From Alphaproteobacteria bacterium (lineage in GTDB: Bacteria; Pseudomonadota; Alphaproteobacteria; SP197): a DNA stretch of 64,000 nt. The notes under the pieces are model-generated. The model was given only the letters and a program-made list of their open reading frames with translations. It did not search any database and was not told the origin of the DNA. Both the position numbers and the translations under genes were made by a program. How positions within the stretch are numbered: the first letter of the stretch is position 1; every line of letters begins with the position of its first letter. The DNA is taken from positions 2,176,001 to 2,240,000 of the forward strand of contig OZ219747.1 in the NCBI GenBank assembly GCA_964291265.2, in the 5' to 3' direction. Of this stretch, positions 29,064 to 39,284 are shown piece after piece.

Positions 29064-30443
29064 TCAGGCGAAGGGCTTGACGTCGCGCAGTGACACGACG
29101 CGAAAGCGCCAGGCGAGGAGGATGGTGGCGAGTGCGATGCCTCCCACGATCCCCCACATGAGACCCGGAACACCAAGTTCGAGGTGATGGCCGAGGAACC
29201 AGGCCAGGGGAAGCATGACCCCCCAGAACGACATCAGTCCCAGCCAGGTGGCCGGCCAGACATCGGCAGCACCTCTCAGGGCACCGACCAACACGGCCTG
29301 CAAGCCATCGAAGGCGATGAGAAGGGCAGCAACGAAGAGGCCGGTGACGATGATCGCGATGATGACGGGGTCTTCCGTATAGATCGCCGCCAGGGTTTCG
29401 GGGATGAGGGCGACAATGGCCGCCAATGGCAGCATGAGAAGGAAAATCAGGCCGGTTCCCACCCATCCGGCCGTCGCCATGGCGGCCCTGTCGCGCCGCC
29501 CCACGGCATTGCCGACACGGACCGCGGTGGCGGTCGACATGCCTATGGCCATCATGAAGCAGAAGGCGTTGACATTCATGGCAGCCTGGAAGGCCGCCAC
29601 CTGGGGGGCGCCGAGATGGCCGGCCATCATGGTGACAAACATGAAGGCTGAGGTCTCGAAGGCATAGGAGAGACCCATGGGCGTTCCGAGGCGCAGGAAC
29701 CGCCGCTCCAGGCGGCCAAAGCGCCGCAGCGGCCGGAAGAGACCGTAGGCATGCTTGTCGGCCATCAGCAGGATGTAGATGACAATGCAGCCGAACATCA
29801 GCCAGCGCGTGAGGCTCGTGGCCAGAACCGCGCCGGATGCCCCTCCGGCCTCGAAACCGAGGTTGCCGTAGATCAGAACCCAGTTGAGGAGGATGTTGGC
29901 GCCGTTGGCGATGATCATGACGATCATGCCCGGCTTGGTGCGGCCAATTCCCTCGAGAAACATCGAGCACGAGGTGAAGAGGAACACGCCAGGCATGCCC
30001 CAGGCGTACATGGCCATGACGTCGCCGCCGCCCCGCGCCAGATCGGCCTCCTGACCGAAGAGCCACAGGATGAATTCCCCGTTGAAGAGGAGGACGGCCC
30101 AGATGAGCCCCAGCGTCATCCCGTTGAGCATGGCCGTCCACAGGATGTTGCCGCAGTCCTCCCGGCGTCCCGCGCCGTCGGCCTGGGCCACCAGAATGAC
30201 GCATCCGGCCAGCAGACCGAAACCGATCACCATCATGGTGATGTGGGGGGCAAAGCCGATGGCAAGATAGGCCAGTTCGTTGCCGCCGGCGCGTCCCGTC
30301 ATGATGGTGTCCGCCGTCATCATGAGCAGCATGCCGCAGCGCATGATGATCACCGGGACCCCGAGTTTCAGGGTGCGGACGACATGGTCGGCGACGCTCT
30401 GTGGCGGTGGTCCCAGGGACGCCCGGGAGGAAGATGATGCCAT
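29064..30443 (-). CDS. MATE-family efflux transporter
   Basis: DTIMTGR, NILLNWVLIYGNLG, VRVGNAVG, DGLQAV; about 12 hydrophobic segments. Confidence 0.9.
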   Translation of the reverse strand: MASSSSRASLGPPPQSVADHVVRTLKLGVPVIIMRCGMLLMMTADTIMTGRAGGNELAYLAIGFAPHITMMVIGFGLLAGCVILVAQADGAGRREDCGNILWTAMLNGMTLGLIWAVLLFNGEFILWLFGQEADLARGGGDVMAMYAWGMPGVFLFTSCSMFLEGIGRTKPGMIVMIIANGANILLNWVLIYGNLGFEAGGASGAVLATSLTRWLMFGCIVIYILLMADKHAYGLFRPLRRFGRLERRFLRLGTPMGLSYAFETSAFMFVTMMAGHLGAPQVAAFQAAMNVNAFCFMMAIGMSTATAVRVGNAVGRRDRAAMATAGWVGTGLIFLLMLPLAAIVALIPETLAAIYTEDPVIIAIIVTGLFVAALLIAFDGLQAVLVGALRGAADVWPATWLGLMSFWGVMLPLAWFLGHHLELGVPGLMWGIVGGIALATILLAWRFRVVSLRDVKPFA

Positions 30444-30725
30444 CAATCGCGTTCCGACACCGATGCCCGACGATGATACGTGGAGCATGCGCCGGCGTCG
30501 CGATCAACGGCAGTCCGGCGCGGCGCCGTCCCCGGCACAAGATGGTGCAGCCGTCCCCGTCTGTCAAAGAACCGCCGGTGTCCGGTCCGGAGCGGACCGA
30601 CCGGCGCGCCGGACCCGCATCCTCCCCTCGCCCCTGGCCCGGCCGAATCGGAGCGGGTGCTTGTGTGGCGCTGAAGCGGCAGGGGCCATAGACTCCCCCT
30701 GCAGCCGACCACCCGAGGAGATGTC

Positions 30726-31751
30726 ATGTCCGTCTATGCAACCGGTATCACGACCGACATCGAGCTTGACCGTCCCGGCAAGCAGACGGGGCGCCTTCAC
30801 CTGCCTCACTCGGTCACGCGATCGGCCTACGGCGTCATTCCGGTTCCGGTTGCCGTGATCGCCGGTGGCGAGGGACCGACGGTACTGCTCATGGCGGGCA
30901 ATCACGGTGACGAGTACGAAGGACAGGTCGCGCTCGGCAACCTGATCCGGACCATGGATGCCGGGGAAGTCAGGGGACGCCTCATCGTACTTCCCTCGGT
31001 CAACCTGCCGGCCGCCCGCAGCGGGGTCAGGGTCTCGCCCCTCGATGGCGCCAACCTCAACCGGACCTTCCCACCCAGGCCCGAGCTTGGGCCCACCCAC
31101 GAGATCGCGGCCTATCTCGAGAATGCCCTGATGCCGATGGCGGACGTGTTTGTGGATCTCCATTCCGGTGGGGCATCGCTTGCCTACCTGCCCTTCGTCG
31201 CCACCTCCCTCGTCGGTGATGATGAGACGGACCGCAGAGCGTTGCGGTTGATGCGCGCCTTCGGTGGACCTTATGGCCAGATCTGGCATGCGGGGGAGGG
31301 ATCGCGGACAGCATCGGGCGCCGCCGTCCGCCACGGGTGCATCGACATCGGCGGCGAGTTCGGAGGGTCGGGAGTGGTTGATCCGGATCACCTGCGCCTG
31401 GTGGAGCGCGGGATCCGCAACCTGCTTGCGGCGATCGGGGTCTTGTCCGCTCACGATGGTGAAACGGCGTCCGGCATGCGGTTGATGACGAGCGGTCCGC
31501 CGGACCTCTATTCCTTCGCACCCGATTACGGGGTGTTCGTTCCCGATGTGCGGTTGGGGGACGAGGTTGACGCAGGCGACCCTGTCGGCACGATCCACAA
31601 CCTCGAGCATCCGGAACGCGAACCACAGCGGGTCCGCTTCCGGGCGCCAGGCCTGGTCATCTGCCTGAGGGCCATCGGCCGCGTCGAACCGGGAGATTGC
31701 CTTGCTCATCAGGCCGTCGATCTCGAGTTGCCGGAATCCCTGTTGTCGTGA
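30726..31751 (+). CDS. Succinylglutamate desuccinylase/aspartoacylase family deacylase (DoeB-like)
   Basis: GNHGDEYEG, NLNRTFP, DLHSGG. Confidence 0.85.
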   Translation: MSVYATGITTDIELDRPGKQTGRLHLPHSVTRSAYGVIPVPVAVIAGGEGPTVLLMAGNHGDEYEGQVALGNLIRTMDAGEVRGRLIVLPSVNLPAARSGVRVSPLDGANLNRTFPPRPELGPTHEIAAYLENALMPMADVFVDLHSGGASLAYLPFVATSLVGDDETDRRALRLMRAFGGPYGQIWHAGEGSRTASGAAVRHGCIDIGGEFGGSGVVDPDHLRLVERGIRNLLAAIGVLSAHDGETASGMRLMTSGPPDLYSFAPDYGVFVPDVRLGDEVDAGDPVGTIHNLEHPEREPQRVRFRAPGLVICLRAIGRVEPGDCLAHQAVDLELPESLLS

Positions 31752-31799
31752 ACCGGCTTCGGGTTGACTGCCGTACCCCGGACAACAGGAGGGTCAGGT

Positions 31800-32290
31800 C
31801 AGTCCCACGCTGGATTCCGTCCACCACCGCACCGAACCCCGGGTCCGCGCCCACGTCTTCCTGTGCATGCTCGCCACTTGCATCGAGTGGCACATGCGCT
31901 GAGAAACCGAAGCCCATGCTGTTCGACGATGAGGATGCCGAAGGCGCCGAGGCCCGGCGGCCGTTCGTCGTGAGGCCGGCAGAAGTCTCGGCAATTGCCC
32001 GGGCCAGAGCGGCAACGAAGAGGACGCCCGGAGGTCATCCGGTGCACGGCTTCTCCACCCTCATCGGCGATCTCGCGACCATCACCCGCAACACCGTGGC
32101 GCCCCGCCTTGCGGGCGCCGAACCCTTCCATGTCACCACGCGGCCCACGCCGCTCCAGAAAAAAGCCCTGGACGACCTCGGCGTGCGCCTGTAGCATTCC
32201 CGCTAGCAACACACCCGATTCTCGCAAACGTCAATACACTCATGACCGTACGTCTGATCGATACTGGAATGCCCGGTGAGAAGCGCCAAG
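31800..32290 (+). pseudogene. IS1634-like transposase C-terminal remnant
   Basis: HHRTEPRVRAHVFLCMLA, PMLFDDED, PVHGFSTLIGDLATITRN, PTPLQKKAL; stop/frameshift present. Confidence 0.75.
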
Positions 32291-32309
32291 TTGAGGGGGC
32301 GACGATGGG

Positions 32310-32925
32310 GCTCAAGTCCAAGCGATCGTCGCGGCCGTGCCGGCGCATGACGTGTCCATCGAGTGGCACCCGGGAGGCGGCGCAATCATGAAGCGCAAGC
32401 CGTCGGCGTTGCACGGCATCGACCTCAACCGCCGGGCGATCGACACCTTCCGCTGTGACGACCCGGTGGAACGTCACCGAGACTGCGCCCTTGCGTTTTC
32501 TTGAGACCTTCGCCTTCCAGGGCCGCGAGATGGCCTGTTGCGACCTGTTTTGAGTGCAGTCGACGCGCCGGCCGCAGCGTTGCTGCCGCTTCGACTGCAC
32601 GCCGGGCGACCATGTTGCGCTCCTTGACATCCTGACGTCGCTGCCCTGCCAGGTGATGATCTCCGGCTATCCCTCGCGGCTCTGCGCCACGCACCTCGCC
32701 GGCTCGGCATTCGGCCGGGATCCAGGTCAACAACCAGGCCTGCGTTGCCACCGAGAAGCTGTGGTTCAACTTCGCACCGGGCCGGCCGCACGGGCACACT
32801 GGCAGGAACGCGGTCGACCGCCAGCGCATCAGGCGCCTCGCAGAGAACCGTGCGCAGCGCACCCCTGCGAGGCCCGGGCGGGCGGCTCGCGGTGCTGGTG
32901 GCGGTCATGGATCATGGAGGCGCCG
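32310..32925 (+). pseudogene. Frameshifted Dam-like (D12 class) DNA adenine methylase
   Basis: PAHDVSIEWHPGGGAIMKRKP, HVALLDILTSLPCQVMISGYPS, TEKLWFNF pieces in different frames. Confidence 0.65.
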
Positions 32926-33640
32926 TGATGGCGAGCGTGAAAGGCATGTTCCTGCGCCAGGCGTCAAAGGCTTTGCAGAAGCGGTTCCACGATCTCCGCA
33001 AGCGGGGCAAGGTCACCCCGGAGAGCGAGGAGCTCATCCGCAGCCTGCTGAGGCTGATAAAGCTGTTGTTGGCCGTGCTCATGGAGAAGACCACACGCAA
33101 GACGAGCCGGAACTCCGGTCTGCCGCCATCACAAGGACGAGAGCGCAAGGCGCACCGGAAGCAACGGCAGGGGGCCGAAGCCGAACCAGCAGACGGACGA
33201 CAACCGGCGCAAGACCACCGTCGAGGAGACGGTCGCCGTCGAGACCTGTGATACCTGCGGCGTCGACCCCGTCGACCGGGAACGCCGCGTCAATGCCGAG
33301 ATCAGGGAATGCCCGACGTGCCGCGCCCGTGCAGTACGGCGTTGGCATCCAGGCCCTTGTCATCCATCTTCTGTTCGTCCTCATGCCCATCCCTGCGCCG
33401 TGCCGTCGCGCTCGTGCAGGCGGTCTCCGGCGTCAGGCTCTCCGAGGCGATCTGCCTCGGCCATGTCCGGCGCCTTCACGATGCGCTCGCGTCATGGAAG
33501 GAGGCCGTCGTGGCGCATCTCCTGCAAGGCCCGGGCCTGCATGTCGACGAGACGGGCTTGCGGATCGACGGCAGGTCCCCATGGCTCCATGTCGTCACCG
33601 ACGGGACCCCGAGGTGCAAGGTTCCGCACCAAGGAGCATG
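32926..33640 (+). pseudogene. IS66-family transposase remnant
   Basis: KTSRNSGLPPSQ, PVQYGVGIQAL, LHVDETGLRIDG; several frameshifts. Confidence 0.75.
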
Positions 33641-33659
33641 GGGCTTGCTTGCGGCGTCA

Positions 33660-33974
33660 CAACTGGTTGTGACGGAATCGTCGGCCGGTGACCCTGTCGC
33701 CGCGCCCGCCGGCTCCGAGGCGCAGGGGAGCGTTGAACGTCTCGCCGTGAGCCCGGACATCGAACGCCTGGTGAGGGCGCTCTTCGAGCGCGGCGCGGTG
33801 TCGCCCATATCGTGATCGCCGCCAGGTAAACGGTGTCGTGTTGCTGGGGACCTGGAGTTTCCGCCATGTCGCCAATGCCGGGAGACGTGCTCGAATTGAT
33901 GACGCATGCATCCGGGCAGGGTACGATCCTCCGGCCATCCGTACGCTGATCGAGCTCCTGGGAGGCCGCCATGA
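33660..33974 (+). pseudogene. Degenerate PIN-domain toxin
   Basis: TWSFRHVANA..RIDDACIRAGYDPPAIRTLIELL resembles a PIN-family C-terminus; 5' part lost. Confidence 0.55.
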
Positions 33975-34171
33975 CGAAGCGTCTGCCTGACGCGATCATC
34001 GCCGAATTGTGGGCCGTGCGGGATGCCTGCACGGTCCGCCTCGATCATGACGTATCGGCGATGTTCCGCGACCTTCGTGCGAGGCAGGAGGCGTCCGATC
34101 GAGAGCACATCAGCTTGCCGCCCCGCCCGCCGCGTCAGACCGCCGCCGCATGGAATGAGCAGTGTCGTTGA
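33971..34171 (+). CDS. Small hypothetical protein, probable partner of the PIN toxin
   Basis: DAIIAELWAVRD..MFRDLRARQEAS; GGAGG RBS; adjoins the 3' end of the PIN remnant. Confidence 0.55.
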   Translation: MTKRLPDAIIAELWAVRDACTVRLDHDVSAMFRDLRARQEASDREHISLPPRPPRQTAAAWNEQCR

Positions 34172-34598
34172 CCTGAAACGCGGGCGGACCGCCTTATCGT
34201 GTCGCCGGTGGGCGCTTGTCCGCTTCCGCACTGGATTCGCGGCCACAGGCGGTTCGCGGCGGACCCTGTTCAGGAGTCCATCCGGCATCCGAAGCCTCCG
34301 TCCTCTGCCCGTCAACGCACACGTCGACGGCCCGGTCGGACAGCCTCGTCCAGTCCTTGTATGACCCTGTCCACAACACGTACTTGGCGCCTGCCGTCTT
34401 CGACATGTGTCATCGCTGGAGACGGGGTTTTCCGCCAGGCACGAGGCAGCCACCGGGACGAGGTGAGCTCACAACGATTGTCCTTTACGGCAAGGTGTCT
34501 CAGGAAGAGCGTTCGGCAGCCGTCTGCGCCGTCTCGTGAGGTGGGAGCCCGATGCCGGGCGGACCTGCCGGGCGCCGCCGATTCGGGAGGGTGAGACC

Positions 34599-35342
34599 AT
34601 GCATGAAGCCGTGATCGGCGAGCTTCAGAAGCGCCTTGACGCGGTGGCGGATACCGCCAGGAAGGAGTGGTTCGAGGCCTATCTCAAGCATGTGATCGCC
34701 TATCGCGGGGTGCCGATGCCCGAGATCGTGCGCACCGTTTCCGCATGGCGAAGGGAATGCGGGCTCGATGGCCTTGCGAACGCCGATCAGCTCGATCTCG
34801 CCGTCTCGCTCATCGGCTGCGCTCTTGCCGAGGACAAGTTTGCCGGGATCGTCTACATCCAGAAGCACCTGGCAAGACATGTGTCTGCTGACCGGATCCT
34901 GGAAGAGGCCGAGGAGCTGTTCGCGAGGGGCGCCTTCTGCAACTGGGCGACAAGCGACGGCTTCAGCGCGCGCGTGCTCGCTCCACTGGTCCGTCGCGGA
35001 GGGAGCGGGGTGGCCCGACGAATAGCCGGCTGGCGCACCGCGGCCGACCTCTGGCAGCGCCGCGGTTCCATCGTGCCATTCAGGGCGGTGGTGGACGACC
35101 CGTCGTGCCACCCGCTCATCGCGGAGGTCATCGCGGTGCTGGCGAAGGAACGGGAGCGGTTCATCCAGACCGGGATCGGCTGGGTCGTCAGCGACATGGC
35201 GAAGGTTCATCCGGACATAGCGAAGTCCCTGGTGGAGCGGCACCTTGACGAGCTTTCGGCCGAGGTGATCCGGCGCCATACGCGGCATTTCCCGGATCAC
35301 GAACGGTTCAGGGAGATGAAGCGCAGGCAGGAACGCCGATAG
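34599..35342 (+). CDS. DNA alkylation repair protein (AlkD-like HEAT-repeat family)
   Basis: YRGVPMPEI, NWATSD, WQRR, FIQTGIGW. Confidence 0.82.
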   Translation: MHEAVIGELQKRLDAVADTARKEWFEAYLKHVIAYRGVPMPEIVRTVSAWRRECGLDGLANADQLDLAVSLIGCALAEDKFAGIVYIQKHLARHVSADRILEEAEELFARGAFCNWATSDGFSARVLAPLVRRGGSGVARRIAGWRTAADLWQRRGSIVPFRAVVDDPSCHPLIAEVIAVLAKERERFIQTGIGWVVSDMAKVHPDIAKSLVERHLDELSAEVIRRHTRHFPDHERFREMKRRQERR

Positions 35343-35417
35343 CGCGTGAGAGTGACGGGCGTCGTCGGGCGGCGCATGATGGGATGTCAGGCGGTTGCAT
35401 GGGAGGAATGGTGAGGC

Positions 35418-37463
35418 ATGGTCAATCTCGTTGCCGAGGCTGAAGGGCTCGTCGTTCGCCGGTCATTCCCGCACCGCGTCCAGGTGATCGATCACCGATG
35501 GATTCCGCTCACGGACGGGACGAGGCTGGCGGCCCGGATATGGCTCCCTGACGATGCGGTGCGCCATCCCGTGCCGGCCATCATCGAGTACATCCCCTAT
35601 CGCCATCGCGACTTCACCCTGCCGCGCGACGAGATGATCCACCCATGGTTTGCCGGGCACGGCTACGCCGCCATCCGCCTCGACATCCGCGGGTCGGGAA
35701 ACTCCGAAGGGCGGCCCATGGATGAATACGTGGCCCGCGAACAAGACGACATGCTCGAAGCCCTTGCCTGGATCGCCTCGCAGGACTGGTGCACCGGCAC
35801 GTGCGGCATGATCGGCATCTCCTGGGGCGGTTTCAGCGCCCTGCAGACGGCCTTTCGCGGGCCGCCCGAACTCGGCGCCATCATCACGCTGTGTTCGACG
35901 GATGATCGCTATGCCGACGATGTCCACTATATGTCCGGCTGTCTGCTGCGCAACAACCTCGCCTGGGGCGGTCAGGCGTTCGCCTATGCGGCTCGTTCCC
36001 CCGATCCCGCCGTCGTCGGCGATGCCTGGAGATCCATGTGGCGCGAGCGTCTCGACAGCCTGCCCTTCTATGCCGCCGAGTGGCTGTCGCACCAGCGGCG
36101 CGACGCCTACTGGAAACACGGCTCCGTGGCCGAGGATTTCAGTGCCGTCCGCTGTCCGGTCTATGCCGTTTCAGGGTGGGCCGATGGTTACACCAACACC
36201 GTGCTGAAGCTCATGGCCGGGCTCCACGTTCCCCGCCGCTGTCTCATCGGCCCCTGGGCACACGCCTACCCGAACCTCGGTGTCCCCGGTCCCGCTGTCG
36301 GCTTTCTCCAGGACTGCCTGCGCTGGTGGGACCGCTGGCTCAAGGGGATCGACAACGGCATCGACCGCGAGCCCGCGGTGCGTCTGTGGCTGCAGGATCC
36401 GGCGCCGCCGGCAACGCACATGACAAGGCGCTCCGGACACTGGATCTCTATGGCGAACTGGCCGCCGGCAGCCGCCGGGGAGAGGACCTGGTGGCTTGAT
36501 GGCGGGGGAGGTCTGGAGAACGAACCCGGCGACGGCCTTGTGGAGGTGGCGACACCGCTTGTCACCGGCATGATGGCAGGCGAATGGAATCCTCATGGCA
36601 TCGGTCCGGAACTTCCCGGTGATCAGCGCATTGACGATGCCCGTTCCCGGTTGTTCCTGGCGCCGGGCGCCGGCGAGGACCTGGCGATTGTCGGGCGCCC
36701 GCGCCTGTGGCTGCGCCTGGCGTCCAGCAGGCCGACAGGCACCGTCGTCGCCCGCCTGGTGGGTGTGGCAGGCGATGGTTCGTCTGCTCTCATCACATGG
36801 GGGTGTCTCAACCTTGCTCACCGGAACGGACATGAAGACCCCGAGCCCATGGAACCAGGCGTCTTCACCGATGTCGTCGTCACCATGAATGCCATCGCCC
36901 AGGTCGTGCCGGCGGATTGGCGCCTGCGGCTGTCGCTGTCGTGCGGCAACTGGCCCCTGTTGTGGCCGGCGCCCGGATTGAGCCGATTGACAGTCGACTG
37001 CAGCGCCAGTCGTCTCGTTCTTCCGCTGCGAACCGGCGGGAAGGACGGCACCGCGCCGGCGGACTTCGAAGCGGCGGAAATCGCCCCGCGCCCCGACCTT
37101 GACTGGCTGCGGCCGTTCAGCCGGTCGCGCAGGTTCGTCACCGACGTCGAGACCGGCACGACGACCCTGGTGCTGGAAAAGGACGACGGAGCCTACAGGA
37201 TCAACAGCCACGGCCTCGTGGTCGAACAGGCGGGTACGGAGCGCCAGTCGATCACGGAGGGCGAACCGCTGTCCAGCCGCGGCGAGGTGCGCTGGAAACT
37301 GGGGTTGTCGAGAGGCGACTGGCAGACCTCCGTCGATGCCGTCACGACACTGGCCTGCGACGCCGCGACCTTCCTCGTCAGCGCGCAGATCACCGCCCGG
37401 GAAGGCAACGACATCGTCTTCTCGAGGCGCTTCGAGAGGACCGTCCCGAGGGACAATCTCTGA
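35418..37463 (+). CDS. CocE/NonD family hydrolase
   Basis: DGTRLAARIW, EYIPYR, GISWGGF nucleophile elbow, GWADGY, IGPWAH. Confidence 0.9.
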   Translation: MVNLVAEAEGLVVRRSFPHRVQVIDHRWIPLTDGTRLAARIWLPDDAVRHPVPAIIEYIPYRHRDFTLPRDEMIHPWFAGHGYAAIRLDIRGSGNSEGRPMDEYVAREQDDMLEALAWIASQDWCTGTCGMIGISWGGFSALQTAFRGPPELGAIITLCSTDDRYADDVHYMSGCLLRNNLAWGGQAFAYAARSPDPAVVGDAWRSMWRERLDSLPFYAAEWLSHQRRDAYWKHGSVAEDFSAVRCPVYAVSGWADGYTNTVLKLMAGLHVPRRCLIGPWAHAYPNLGVPGPAVGFLQDCLRWWDRWLKGIDNGIDREPAVRLWLQDPAPPATHMTRRSGHWISMANWPPAAAGERTWWLDGGGGLENEPGDGLVEVATPLVTGMMAGEWNPHGIGPELPGDQRIDDARSRLFLAPGAGEDLAIVGRPRLWLRLASSRPTGTVVARLVGVAGDGSSALITWGCLNLAHRNGHEDPEPMEPGVFTDVVVTMNAIAQVVPADWRLRLSLSCGNWPLLWPAPGLSRLTVDCSASRLVLPLRTGGKDGTAPADFEAAEIAPRPDLDWLRPFSRSRRFVTDVETGTTTLVLEKDDGAYRINSHGLVVEQAGTERQSITEGEPLSSRGEVRWKLGLSRGDWQTSVDAVTTLACDAATFLVSAQITAREGNDIVFSRRFERTVPRDNL

Positions 37464-37464
37464 G

Positions 37465-37502
37465 GGTATCGGGGGCCGTCGCCTCCGGCGGTCCCCGATA
37501 CC
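37465..37502. terminator. GC-rich hairpin between convergent genes (possible bidirectional terminator)
   Basis: GGTATCGGGG...CCCCGATACC inverted repeat; no clear U-tract. Confidence 0.5.
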
Positions 37503-37513
37503 ATGAAACTGCG

Positions 37514-39118
37514 TCAGGCGTCGTCGAGCCAGACGTCCTCCCAGTACATCCAGCCGCCGAACCCGTGGGGGTGGCCCTTGAGGTCCTTCACCCGCGTGGC
37601 GTAGGCGTCGAGCCAGTTGGTGAAGACCGGCGTGATGGTCGAACCCTCATCGCGCATGATGATCTGTATCTCGCGGTAGAGCTCGCGGCGCAGGGTCTCG
37701 TCCACCGTCTTGCGGGCTTCGAGGACGAGGCTGTCGAACCTCTCGTGGGACCAGAAACTCTCGTTCCACGAACCGCCCGAGATGTAGGCGATGGCGAGCA
37801 TCAGGTCGGCGGTCGGCCGCCCGTACCAGCTCGAACCGCACCACGGCACCTTCATCCACACGGCGCTCCAGTACCCGTCGGCCGGCACCTTCCTGACGGT
37901 CACGTTGGCGCCCGCCTCGTTCATCAGTTCGGCCATGACGATACTGGCATTGGCGCCGCCGAAATTGTCATCCGAGGCATGGAGTTCGAAGGCGGCATTC
38001 TCCATGCCGGCTGCCTTGAGATGCCAGGCCACCTTGTCCGGGTCCCGTTCCAGGGCCTCGACGTCGGGGGCGAAGAAGGGATCGTGCTGCGGGATCGGGT
38101 GGTCGCGGCCGACCGTTCCGAGTCCGCCCCATCCGAGCTGCAGCATGCGTTCGCGGTCGACGGCGTGCTTGAGCGCCAGACGCACGTTGTTGTCGGTGTA
38201 GGGCGGCGTGTCGGCCCGCATGGGATAGGTCGGGTGGGCCCCGCCCGGCTGGTTCAGCACCTCGGCGTTGTCGGCCTCGTCGACGGAGGAGATGAGCTGG
38301 GGATCCAGCCCGATCATGATGTCGATCTCGTCCGACAGCAGCGCGTTCACCCGGGCCGAATTGTCCGGAATGCCGAAGCTCTCGATCTCGTCGACATAGG
38401 GGCGCCCGGTGCGGTGATAGTTGGGGTGGCGTTCGAAGACGGCGACGATCCCCGGGTCGAACTCCTTCACCATCCAGGGGCCGGTGCCGACGGCCGCGCC
38501 ACGGGCATAGCTGTCGTCGTCGGCGCCTTCAGGCTGGGCCGTGAAGTGGTACTCCGTCAGGAGATAGGGAACGTCCGCGTTCGGCGCCTTCATGCTGAAG
38601 ACGACGTGACCGGGGCCGTCGGCCGTGATGGACTCGACATCGCCGAGATAGGCGTTGGCCGGGGACCCGCCCTCGGGGTCGAGGTGGCGGTTGAAGGAAT
38701 AGGCGACATCGGCGGCGGTCATCGTCTTGCCGTTGTGGAACTCGACGCCTTCCAGGAGTTCCATGGTCCACCGGGTGGCATCGTCGTTCGGTTCCCAGCC
38801 TGTCGCGAGGTTGCCGACGAGTCCCTCGCCGGGGATGAAGTCGATCAGCCGGTTGTAGAGCAGGCCGGAACGGCCGATGTCGCTGCTGGCGACGATCTTC
38901 GTCGGATCAAGGGTATCGCCGGCGCTGCTGGTGGTGAACCCGGCCCGCAGCCTGCCGCCGGTGACGGGTTCATCCGCCTTTGCCTCGCTGATGGCGGAAT
39001 CGACGAATGCGGTCGCCGCGGCAGCCGACAGACCAAAGCCCATGAGGCCGTTCTGGAAATCGCGCCGAGAAACCCTGCCTTTCCGAAATTCCCTGATCAG
39101 GACATCCTTCCCTGTCAC
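37514..39118 (-). CDS. ABC transporter substrate-binding protein, family 5 (peptide/opine/nickel)
   Basis: Twin-Arg-like SRRDF leader; GVEFHNGKTMTAADVAYS, GTGPW. Confidence 0.9.
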   Translation of the reverse strand: MTGKDVLIREFRKGRVSRRDFQNGLMGFGLSAAAATAFVDSAISEAKADEPVTGGRLRAGFTTSSAGDTLDPTKIVASSDIGRSGLLYNRLIDFIPGEGLVGNLATGWEPNDDATRWTMELLEGVEFHNGKTMTAADVAYSFNRHLDPEGGSPANAYLGDVESITADGPGHVVFSMKAPNADVPYLLTEYHFTAQPEGADDDSYARGAAVGTGPWMVKEFDPGIVAVFERHPNYHRTGRPYVDEIESFGIPDNSARVNALLSDEIDIMIGLDPQLISSVDEADNAEVLNQPGGAHPTYPMRADTPPYTDNNVRLALKHAVDRERMLQLGWGGLGTVGRDHPIPQHDPFFAPDVEALERDPDKVAWHLKAAGMENAAFELHASDDNFGGANASIVMAELMNEAGANVTVRKVPADGYWSAVWMKVPWCGSSWYGRPTADLMLAIAYISGGSWNESFWSHERFDSLVLEARKTVDETLRRELYREIQIIMRDEGSTITPVFTNWLDAYATRVKDLKGHPHGFGGWMYWEDVWLDDA

Positions 39119-39284
39119 TGGATCATCCTCCCCCTCGTTGTGGTGACAACCGAGCGAAGTTTAGGGGAACGGGCCCTGCCATGGCAATGCGGTCTTTCGG
39201 GGACGGCCGGCTCCCGGAGGGCCGTTGCTTGTCCCACGAGGGACCTCGGCCTATTGTCGCCAAGGCGCCCCGCTTGACGTCAGG

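Noticed and set aside
39119-39284. Riboswitch or sRNA upstream of the substrate-binding protein
   Set aside because: Only a short palindrome (TGCCATGGCA) and GC hairpins; no recognisable aptamer consensus.
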